DNA from: Somniosus microcephalus
Lineage: Eukaryota
Length of the DNA: 64,000 bases
NCBI GenBank assembly: GCA_052327205.1
Contig: CM126203.1
Span: 195,238,001-195,302,000, forward strand
Reading direction: 5' to 3'
Position numbers and translations under genes: made by a program. The notes below the pieces were generated by a model that was not told where the DNA came from, made no database searches, and saw nothing but the letters and a program-made list of their open reading frames with translations. Positions 1-10,090 of the stretch are shown in pieces; position 1 is the first letter of the stretch, and every line of letters begins with the position of its first letter.

Positions 1-1329
1 ATGCTTCATGATGTTCCTGTTGGACCCATGGCTCTGATTGTATCTAAGCTGTGCAGGCATGGTGGGATAACAGAGGAGTGTCATCAGCCATGACTGTAGG
101 GCATATCCCTTGGTCCCTAGCAGCCATCCTCTGAAGTTCCTGGATGGATGGAAAAGTGTGGGATGGATGAGTGCTGCAAGGTGAAGGTGTCATGATAGCG
201 AAACTGCTTCACACTTGCATTATCCATCTGCTGTGATCACACATCTGTTGAGCATTAATGGAGTGGAAACCCTTCCTGTTCACAGAAGCTCCAGGATCTT
301 CTTCTGATGCCCTAAAAGCTACATGAATTCAGTTTATTATGCCACAACACAAGAGAAGCCAGCCACTGTGGCAAATATCAGAGCTCTCTTATTCTGGCTT
401 ATTGTGTCCATTATTTTGCTCTGGCAAGGAGGGCATTGGTGACCTGCATGATGCAGATGTGCACTGTCCCCTGATGATCCCTGCAGCAGACTGGAAGGAG
501 CTTGAGGAGAAAAAATTAAGGGCAGTGGTGACTTTGACACTCACTGGAATAATATGGCCTCTGGGTCCAGCAGGTAGCAAGTCTTGTTGCAGGATGCTGC
601 AAAGATCAGCATTAACCACCTGGAGAAGAACAGCTTCTTAATACAGTGCACCTCAGAGATATCCAGGAAAGTGACACTTGGCCTAAAGATCCTGTTGGCT
701 AAGTGGGGCCTTCTGTGAATTCAACCCCTCATTTGCAGTATTCTAACAAGCTCATCTGCTGCTTGTTTTGATTGTTGAGATTGCTGTTTCTCCTGTTGCT
801 GCTCCTCCTTCTCCAACTGCTCCTCCAATCAAAGCAATGAAGCAAAATTGGCACCCATGATGGGCTGTGACTACGTAATTAGGGTGAGTAATGCAGGAAA
901 TAATCAGAAAGAAGCAATCTGCATGCTCAAAAATGCCTAGGAAATCTACTAAGCACTGTAGTACACAGATCCCTATGATCTGAGTGCCTGCAGCTGAATG
1001 CTCCTTTAAATCTAGGTTCCAGTCATGTTAGCCAGTTTGCAAAGCCAATCTTGAAAGGTTTTACTTAGTGGTTTATCACTGGGTGGGATTTCTGACCTTT
1101 CCGGGTAAAATTGTGTCCGGGTCTTAATAACATCATAGGACTCCGATTTGCATGTAATAATGAAGCACCCACCTGTTCCCAGCAAGTGCATTTCCCACCA
1201 GTCAGCTCCCAAGTTAAAATGGCCGTCGGCGGGTTTCTGGCAGGAACGGGGCAGTAAGTTGGCTTTTTTTGTATTTTAACCCTTCACCCGTACCATTCCT
1301 GCTGGTCAGGTTGGGTTAAAATTAGGGCC
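1..1329 (-). mobile_element. Decayed PIF/Harbinger DNA transposon, right part (runs off window start), with transposase remnant at ~200-860
   Basis: Minus-strand peptides DLCSILQQDLLPAGPRGHIIPVSVKVTTALNFFSSSSFQ and VNRKGFHSINAQQMCDH match Harbinger transposase and the copy at 40815. Terminus ...GGGTTAAAATTAGGGCC is followed by TTA. Confidence 0.8.
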
Positions 1330-1985
1330 TTAAATATTCAAAATTATAATTGCACAAGTAAGAATACTAGTCCTAGATCTGCATTGCTGACCTTTACCTT
1401 CCTCCAGTCACAACAACCAAAATGAAGGTGGCCGGCTAGATTAGCCTTCCTTATATGGCAAAGGGAGAGAAAACCATGTGATTCTGGTTGAAAAATCCCC
1501 TAAAAATGGGCTACCTTTTCGGATTGTTTGTTGTACCCATGATAGGTGGAGAAATGGGAAGGATATATTAAGTTGCAGAACTTAAGCAGCCGACAAGATA
1601 TCCATGCTGTTACATCAGAAACTTTGGCCTGGAGATCCAACTTAGATATTGACATTTGATTTGCTTTGCTACTGCCATACAAAAGAAGAAGAAGTTGAAG
1701 AATGAAGTCACCTACTTTTAAAGGTTAGTAATCAACTTCTTGTTCCAGTGCTAGGAAAGTTTGATTGCATTTTTGGCTTTGTCTGATAGATCCTGTGAAA
1801 CAAATTTAGCTAATCTTACAGTATGATGTAGCTGGAGTGAAACTACACTAAATCATTATGCAGCTGAGTTTTGCCATAGCTTCTTAGGCTGAACCATACA
1901 GCACAGTGACAAGGTGGGCATTTTTCAGTGTTCTGTATGGCAATTTTAATAATCAAAGCTATTTTGGCATATGAGAATTATACCT

Positions 1986-2259
1986 GTTGGCCGTGTGGTG
2001 GATAGTGAGGAAGAAAGCTGCAGACTGCAGGAAGATATCAATGGACTGGTCAGGTGGGCAGAACAGTGGCAAATGGAATTCAATCTGGAGAAGTGTGAGG
2101 TAATGCATTTGGGGAGGGCTAATACGGCAAAGGAATGCACAATAAATGATAAGATACTGAAAAGTGTAGAGGAACAGAGGGACCTTGGAGTACATGTCCA
2201 CAGATGCCTGAAGGTAGCAGGACAGGTAGATAAGGTGGTTAAGAAGGCATATGGGATAT
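1986..2259 (+). mobile_element. CR1 LINE fragment (RT C-terminal part)
   Basis: LQEDINGLVRWAEQWQMEFNLEKCEVMHLG...RDLGVHV is a typical CR1 ORF2 segment. Confidence 0.9.
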
Positions 2260-3161
2260 TTTATAATAGGGCAGTGCTGTCGTCTTCTGTGATTTCATCT
2301 TATATTGGTGAGTCATTGACAGACAAAGGGTTATTTACACCTCACATATAACAGTTCCTTTTTTAAAAACAGTATCTTAAACTATTACCTAATCAACCAT
2401 GCAACATAGTTACAATTGTCATCACTGATTTATTAGTTTCTTTAATAAAATTCCATAGTGAGGGCAGTGATAATAGACTCTGAAAATGGTAAGGTGATTG
2501 GCTTGTAAGTTACTGCAGCTTCTGGTTTTACATGGTGACTAGACATGTGCAACTAAAATAAGATGGAAACATGCCAAAACCAAAATATTTGAATGAAAAC
2601 AAATATCAAAATGCTAACACCAAACAGTGTATTTGTCAAAAGGGATACAGTCGTGAGCTACAAGTGTTTCAATTAAATTAAAAAGGAGCATTAAGTATCA
2701 TGAACATAAAATACAGAAAAAGTAAAGGTAATCCTTATGTATTAATCATATTTACAAGGTAATTTGTTGGCAAACCTTCCAAATATATTAAATAGATTTG
2801 GTTGACTGTATTTCAGTAAGTGCATGTATAGATGAATGGTAGTTGTAATGCCAAATATTTTAGGCATGTATTATATTAAATATGTAGCACACATATTACA
2901 AAAGCAGAAATGCTAATTAATTTGCATCAATAGCAAAGCGACCTCATATTGAAATCAAAAAGTCAACTGTGAAATGTAAGATAAAATGGCTCATACAAAA
3001 GACCATTGAACAAATTGAAAGAAGAGCATGTTCATTTCAGGCAAATTAGCTATGACAAAGCTGAACCTAAGAAGCCATGTCCATAACATTTTGAGTGTGG
3101 CTCTTACAAAAGCCTGTTTTTGTAGAGATTATAGGGCCGATTTCTGTTAAAAAAACAGAAC

Positions 3162-6050
3162 GTGTCAGGAAGGGACAGAAGGTATGGAGTAAAAAGTCAA
3201 GTATTAAAAAGGGAAAAAACAGGAACTAAGTGTTACAAAACATATTTGAAAGTTCTTTATCTGAATGCACGTAGCATTCGTAACAAAATGAATGAGTTAA
3301 CGGCACAAATAACTACATATGGGTATGATCTTGTGGCCATTACAGAAACATGGCTGCAGGGTGACCATGACTGGGAATTAAACATACCAGGTTATTTAAC
3401 AATCAGGAAGGACAGGCAGGAAGGGAGAGGAGGTGGGGTGGCTATGTTAATAAAGGAAGGAATCACTATAATACAGAGAAATGATATTGGGTCAAAGAAC
3501 CAGGATAGTGAAACAGTTTGGGTGGAGATAAGGAATAATAAGGGGAAAAAAACACTAGTGTGTGTAGTCTATAGGCCTCCGAACAGTTGCAACTCTGTTG
3601 GACGGAGTATCAATCAGGAAATAGTTGAGGCTTGTAATAAGGGAACAGCAATAATGATGGGGGATTTTAATTATCATATTAACTGGACAAATCAAATTGG
3701 GCAGAGCAACCTTGAGGATCAGTTCATTGAGTGTATTAGGGATGGGTTTCTTGAGCAGTATGTAACTGAACCGACCAGGTGGCAAGCAACCTTAGATTTG
3801 GTCCTGTGTAATGAGACAGGATTAATTAAAAATGTCCTAGTAAAGGATCCCCTTGGAATGAGTGACCATAACATGGTTGAATTCCTTATTCAATTAGAGG
3901 GTGAGAAGGTTGGATCTCAAACAAGCATGCTGAGCTTGAATAAAGGAGACTGTGAAGGTATGAGAGCGGAATTGAGTAGAGTGGACTGGGAAAATAGATT
4001 AAAGGGTAAGACAGTACATGATCAGTGGTGTACATTTAAGGAGTTATTTTACAACTTCCAAAAAATATATATTCCGCTGAGGAAAAAAGGGTGTAAAAGA
4101 AAAGATAGCCATCCGTGGCTAAGTAAAGTAATTAAGGATAGTATCCGACTAAAAACAAGGGCATATAAGGTAGCCAAATCTAGTGGGAGGATGGAAGATT
4201 GGGAAGTCTTTAAAAGACAGCAAAAAATAACTAAAAGATTGATTAAGAAAGGGAAGATAGATTATGAAAGTAAATTAACAAAAAATATAAAAACAGACAG
4301 CAAAAGTTTCTATAGTTATATAAAAAGAAAAAGGGTGGCTAAAGTAAATGTTGGTCCCTTAGAGGATGAGACCGGGAAATTAATGGTGGGAAACATGGAG
4401 ATGGCAAAAACACTGAACAATTATTTTGTATCAGTCTTTACAGTAGAGGACACTAAGAATATCCCAACACTGGACAAACAGGGGGCTCTAGGGGGGGAGG
4501 AACTAAATACGATTAAAATCACTAAGGAAGTGGTACTTGGTAAAATAATGGGACTCAAGGCGGATAAATCCCCTGGACCTGATGGCTTGCATCCTAGGGT
4601 CTTGAGGGAAGTGGCGGGAGGGATTGTGGATGCATTGGTAATAATTTTCCAAAACTCACTGGACTCAGCAAAGGTCCCGGCAGATTGGAAAACTGCTAAT
4701 GTAACACCCTTATTTAAAAAGGGTAGTAGGCAGAAGGCTGGAAACTATAGACCTGTTAGCCTAACATCTGTGGTTGGTAAAATATTGGAGTCCATTATTA
4801 AGGAGACAGTAACGGGACATTTGGATAAACATAATTTAATAGGACAAACTCAGCATGGTTCCATGAAGGGGAAGTCATGTTTGACAAATTTGCTTGAGTT
4901 TTTTGAGGATGTAACATACAGAGTGGATAAAGGGGAACCAGTGGACGTAGTGTATTTAGACTTCCAAAAGGCATTTGACAAGGTGCCACACAAAAGATTA
5001 TTGCTCAAGATAAAAAATCACGGGATTGGGGGTAATATTCTGGCGTGGGTGGAGGATTGGCTCTCTAACAGAAAGCAGAGAGTTGGGATAAATGGTTCGT
5101 TCTCAGATTGGCAACCAGTAACTAGTGGTGTTCCGCAGGGGTCAGTGCTGGGTCCCCAACTCTTTACAATCTATATTAACGATTTGGAGGAGGGGACCGA
5201 GTGTAACAAATCAAAGTTTGCAGATGATACAAAGATGGGACGGAAAGTAGTGAGTGAGGAGGACATAAAAAACCTGCAAGGGGACATAGACAGGCTAAGT
5301 AAGTGGGCAGAGATTTGGCAGATGGAATACAATACTGGAAAGTGTGAGGTTATGCACTTTGGCAGGAAAAATCATAGAGCAAGTTATTATCTTAATGGCA
5401 AGAAACTGGAAAGTACTGTAGTACAAAGGGATCTGGGGGTCCTGGTGCACGAAACTCAAAAAGTTAGTGTGCAGCAAGTGATCAAGAAGGCCAATGGAAT
5501 GTTGGCTTTTATTGCTAGGGGAATGGAATATAAAAACAGGGAGGTATTGCTGCAGTTGTACAAGGTATTGGTGAGACCGCAACTGGAATACTGCATACAG
5601 TTTTGGTGTCCATACTTAAGAAAAGACATACTTGCTCTCGAGTCAGTACAAAGAAGGTTCACTCGGTTAATCCCGAGGATGAGAGGGTGGTCATATGAGA
5701 AGAGGTTGAGTAGATTGGGACTCTACTCATTGGAGTTCAGAAGAATGAGAGGCGATCTTATTGAAACATATAAGATTGTGAAGGGGCTTGATCGGGTGGA
5801 TGCGGTGAAGATGTTCCTAATGAAGGGTGAAACTAGAACTAGGGGGCATAATCTTAAAATAAGGGGCTGCTCTTTCAAAACTGAGATGAGGAGAAACTTC
5901 TTCACTCAGAGGGTGGTGGGTTTGTGGAATTTGCTGCCCCAGAAGGCTGTGGAAGCTCCATCATTAAATAAATTTAAAACAGAAATAGATAGTTTCCTAG
6001 AAGTAAAGGGAATTAAGGATTACGGGGAGCGGGCAGGAAATTGGACATGA
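3162..6050 (+). CDS. CR1 ORF2: APE endonuclease plus reverse transcriptase (962-aa open frame)
   Basis: APE motifs LNARS, AITETW, YRPP, GDFN, LDL, SDH. RT motifs NYRPVSLTS, YLDFQKAFDKV, GVPQGSVLGP, FADD. A few likely damaging changes (QHGS for QHGF; 2-codon deletion KVSVQQ vs KVSMQVQQ in sister copies). The true start is uncertain. Confidence 0.93.
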   Translation: MSGRDRRYGVKSQVLKREKTGTKCYKTYLKVLYLNARSIRNKMNELTAQITTYGYDLVAITETWLQGDHDWELNIPGYLTIRKDRQEGRGGGVAMLIKEGITIIQRNDIGSKNQDSETVWVEIRNNKGKKTLVCVVYRPPNSCNSVGRSINQEIVEACNKGTAIMMGDFNYHINWTNQIGQSNLEDQFIECIRDGFLEQYVTEPTRWQATLDLVLCNETGLIKNVLVKDPLGMSDHNMVEFLIQLEGEKVGSQTSMLSLNKGDCEGMRAELSRVDWENRLKGKTVHDQWCTFKELFYNFQKIYIPLRKKGCKRKDSHPWLSKVIKDSIRLKTRAYKVAKSSGRMEDWEVFKRQQKITKRLIKKGKIDYESKLTKNIKTDSKSFYSYIKRKRVAKVNVGPLEDETGKLMVGNMEMAKTLNNYFVSVFTVEDTKNIPTLDKQGALGGEELNTIKITKEVVLGKIMGLKADKSPGPDGLHPRVLREVAGGIVDALVIIFQNSLDSAKVPADWKTANVTPLFKKGSRQKAGNYRPVSLTSVVGKILESIIKETVTGHLDKHNLIGQTQHGSMKGKSCLTNLLEFFEDVTYRVDKGEPVDVVYLDFQKAFDKVPHKRLLLKIKNHGIGGNILAWVEDWLSNRKQRVGINGSFSDWQPVTSGVPQGSVLGPQLFTIYINDLEEGTECNKSKFADDTKMGRKVVSEEDIKNLQGDIDRLSKWAEIWQMEYNTGKCEVMHFGRKNHRASYYLNGKKLESTVVQRDLGVLVHETQKVSVQQVIKKANGMLAFIARGMEYKNREVLLQLYKVLVRPQLEYCIQFWCPYLRKDILALESVQRRFTRLIPRMRGWSYEKRLSRLGLYSLEFRRMRGDLIETYKIVKGLDRVDAVKMFLMKGETRTRGHNLKIRGCSFKTEMRRNFFTQRVVGLWNLLPQKAVEAPSLNKFKTEIDSFLEVKGIKDYGERAGNWT

Positions 6051-6164
6051 GTCTCGGTTCGGAATGGTCATGGCCCTGTGGGTAGTGGAGTGGGCCCAGG
6101 GGCTGTGTAGCCTGGTTCTGCTCCTACTGTGTTCTAATTCTGTGTTAGATTTCAGGAGATGGTT

Positions 6165-6375
6165 TTATTCCTGTTCCTGGCTGGGGTGGAGATCGCCTTT
6201 ACAGAAGGTAAGTACTGTAGAAAATATAGGGACAGAGTGATCTCCTGGAAGAATTTCGATCGCCGAGATGGGTCAGAGAGGAATTTCCCAGATTTTTTTC
6301 TCCCAAATTGGCCATTGGGTCTTCATCTGGTTTTTCGCCTCTCCCGGGAGATCACATGGGTTCGGGTGGATGCAG
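6165..6375 (+). ncRNA. Candidate structured RNA module in the CR1 3' UTR
   Basis: Helices 6237-6248/6344-6355 (12 bp, one G-U), 6276-6281/6338-6343, 6288-6293/6325-6330, 6302-6306/6315-6319, and a second domain 6171-6178/6228-6235. The segment is absent from the sister copy. Confidence 0.55.
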
Positions 6376-7397
6376 AGTGATAGAAGATTTGAGGTTAGGA
6401 TCAGATCAGCCATGATCTTATTGAATGGTGGAGCAGGCTCGAGGGGCCGATTGGCCTACTCCTACTCCCATTTCTTATGTTCCTGGCATTGAAGCAGTGG
6501 GACCAGAGAGTAGCAAGCTTAATGCTCACCAACATAGTTCTGGGACCCTTGTCCACTTCAACATACAGGCGGACCAGAGAAAAAGAGGTTCTGGGCAGGG
6601 CTTTAATGCCGTTATAAGGTGACCAGAAGTCTACTCTCATGTTCTGGTGCAGCCTGGAGGAAAATCCAACACCGATCTTTCCAGCGTCCCTCTGGATAAG
6701 GTTCTGGTCCTCACTTTGCTAACTTGGGCCAATTTGGAAAATCAAATGGACAATCACAGATATTAACCAGGCTACTGTGCCATCAGACTGCGATAAAGAA
6801 CATTTAGAAAAAAGCTGTTCCACTCGATCTTGGCACAAACATTTGGCACATTTTAAGGAAATTCATTGTGCATACTTAGAGCTAGGCAAAGCGAGAGAGT
6901 GCCTTTTATGTTAAAACATGACACACTGTTAAAGACAAATCTCATTTTTTAAAATAAAGTAGATTTGTTAGGTGAAATTAAATTCCTTTTAAAGGGTTTT
7001 TCAATACAAGAGGACGACCTAAATTGCAGGATGTGAACAAAAGTCCTCAATGATTGATGACAAAAAAGTGAGTAATTTTTGTTTTCTTCAATGTCAATGA
7101 AGTTAGTGATGTGAGTTGTGACTGACCTTAATTAAAGTACAGCAGCTCTTCATTGTCACAGAATTGTTCTCCAGTCTCAAAAAAAGGAGTTAAGGAAACG
7201 CCAAGTGGTTCATCCATCAAAATATTTTCTATCCAGAAGACCCAGTATTAAAGTTATAATAGCCAAGGGCGATTTCCAGAATGTGTGATTTCTACCACTT
7301 TTCCGTGGCTTTTTGCCAATTATAAACCTTGAACTTAATGACAAAGCACAAAGATCAGTGGTGTGAATACACAAATTAACCAAAAGGGGTCACCAAG

Positions 7398-10090
7398 AGA
7401 ACATAAGAACATAAGAAATAGGAGCAGCAGTAGGCCAATCGGCCCCTCGAGCCTGCTCCGCCATTCAATAAGATCATGGCTGATCTGATCCTAACCGCCA
7501 ATCTACTATCACTGAACCATCTCCTGAATCTAACAGAATTAGACACACGAAATAGGAGCAGGATCAGGCTACATGGCCCCTGGGCCCGCTCCGCTACCCA
7601 CAGGGCCATGACCGATCCGAACCTAGACTCATGTCCAAATTCCTGCCCGTTCCCCATAACCCTTTATTCCCTTTACTTCTAGGAAACTGTCTATTTCTGT
7701 TTTAAATTTATGTAATGATGTAGCTTCTACAGCTTTTTGGGGCAGCATATTCCATGGACTGTATGCAGTATTCCAGGTGCGGTCTCACCAATACCTTGTA
7801 CAACTGAAGCAATACCTCCCTATTTTTATATTCTATCCCCCTAGCAATGAAAGCCAACATTCCATTGGCCTTCTTAATCACTTGCTGCACCTGCATACTA
7901 ACCTTTTGAGTTTCGTGCACCAGGACCCCCAGATCCCTTTGTACTTCAGTACTTTCCAGTTTCTTGCCATTAAGATAATAACTTGCTCTACGATTTTTCC
8001 TGCCAAAGTGCATAACCTCACACTTTCCAGTATTGTATTCCATCTGCCAAGTCTCTGCCCACTTACTTAGCCTGTCTATGTCTCCTTGCAGGTTTTTTAT
8101 GTCCTCCTCACTCACTACTTTCCCTCCCATCTTAGTATCATCTGCAAACTTTGATATGTTACACTCGGTCCCCTCCTCCAAATCATTAATATAGATTGTA
8201 AAGAGTTGGGGACCCAGCACTGACCCCTGTGGAACACCACTAGTTACTGATTGCCAGTCCGAGAATGAACCATTTATCCCAACTCTCTGCCTTCTGTTAG
8301 ATAGCCAATCCTCTATCCATGCCAGAATATTACCCCCAATCCCGTGATTTTTTATCTTAAGCAATAATCTTTTGTGTGGCACCTAGTCACATGCCTTTTG
8401 GAAGTCTAAATACACTACGTCCACTGGTTCCCCTTTATCCACCCTATATGTTACTTCCTGAAAGAACTCCAGCAAATTTGTCAAACATGACTTCCCCTTC
8501 ATAAAACCATGCTGACTTTCTCCTATTAAATTATGATTATCCAAATGTCCTGTTACTGTCTCCTTAATAATGGACTCCAATATTTTACCTACCACAGATG
8601 TTAGGCTAACCGGTCTATAGTTTCCAGCCTTCTGTCGACTGCCCTTTTTAAGTAAGGGCGTTACATTAGCAGTTTTCCAGTCTGCCGGGACCTTTGCTGA
8701 TTCCAGGGAGTTTTGGAAAATTATTACCAATGCATCCACAATCCCTACCGCCACTTCCCTCAAGAGCCTAGGATGTAATCATCAGGTCCAGGTGATTTAT
8801 TCGCCTTGAGTCCCATTATTTTACCGAGTACCACTTCCTTAGTGATTTTGATCGTGTTTAGCTCCTCCCCCCCTATAGCCCCCTGTTTGTCCAGTGTTGG
8901 GATATTCTTAGTGTCTTCTACTGTAAAGACTGATGCAAAATATTCATTCAGTGTTTTTGCCATCTCCATATTTCCCACCATTAATTTCCCGGTCTCATCC
9001 TCTAAGGGACCAACATTTACTTTAGCCACCCTTTTTCTTTTTATATAACTATAAAAACTCTTACTATCTGTTTTTATATTTTTTGCTAATTTATTTTCAT
9101 AATCTATCTTCCCTTTCTTAATCAATCTTTTTGTTACTTTTTGCTGTCTTTTAAAGTTTTCCCAATCCTCTATCCTCCCACTAGATTTGGCTACCTTATA
9201 TGCCCTTGTTTTTAGTCGAATACTATCCTTAATTTCTTTACTTAGCCACGGATGGCTGTCTTTTCTTTTACACCCTTTTCTTCTCAGTGGAATATATATT
9301 TTTTGGAAGTTGTAAAATAACTCCTTAAATGTACACCACTGATCATGTATCGTCTTACCCTTTAATCTATTTTACCAATCCACTCTACTCAATTCCACTC
9401 TCATACCTTCATAGTCTCCTTTATTCAAGCTTAGCACGCTTGTTTGAGATCCAACCTTCTCACCCTCTAATTGAATATGGAATTCAACCATGTTATGGTC
9501 ACTCATTCCAAGGGGATCCTTTACTAGGACATTTTTAATTAATCCTGTCTCGTTACACAGGACCAGATCTAAGGTTGCTTGCCCCCTGGTTGGTTCAGTT
9601 ACATACTGCTCAAGAAACCCATCCCTAATACACTCAATGAACTCATCCTCAAGGCAGCCCTGCCCAATTTGATTTGTCCAATTAATATGATAGTTAAAAT
9701 CCCCCATAATTATAGATGTTCCCTTATTACAAGCCTCAACTATTTCCTGATTGATACTCCGTCCAACAGAGTTGCCACTGTTCGGAGGCCTATAGACTAC
9801 GCCCACTAGTGTTTTTTTCCCCTTATTATTCCTTACCTCCACCCAAACTGTTTCATTATCCTGATCTTTTGACCCAATATCATTTCTCTGTATTACAGTG
9901 ATTCCTTCCTTTATTAACATAGCCACCCCACCTCCCCTTCCTTCCTGCCTGTCCTTCCTGATCGTTTAATAACCTGGTATGTTTAATTCCCAGGCATTGT
10001 CACCCTGCAGCCATGTTTCTGTAATGGCCACAAGATCATACCCATATGTAGTTATTTGTGCCATTAACTCGTCTATTTTGTTACGAATGC
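7398..10090 (-). mobile_element. CR1 LINE, sister of the 3150 copy; 5'-truncated, disrupted ORF2, ~320-bp internal deletion near 7755
   Basis: ORF pieces 9372-9926, 8760-9125, 8383-8763 and 7708-8382 are nearly identical to the 3162 ORF2. The tail reads GAACATAAGAACATAAG on the + strand. Deletion junction YCIQ|SMEYAAP. Confidence 0.95.

Larger units (their letters stand above)
3150..6484 (+). mobile_element. CR1 LINE, 5'-truncated (no ORF1), open ORF2, extended double-tail 3' UTR
   Basis: ORF2 at 3162-6050. The 3' end is GATCAGCCATGATCTTATTGAATGG...CCTACTCC...TTCTTATGTTCCT, shared with other CR1 copies in the window. Confidence 0.95.

Noticed and set aside
6237-6355. Assignment of the module to hammerhead, HDV-like or twister ribozyme classes
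   Set aside because: I could not find the catalytic consensus of these classes on either strand, so it is left unclassified.
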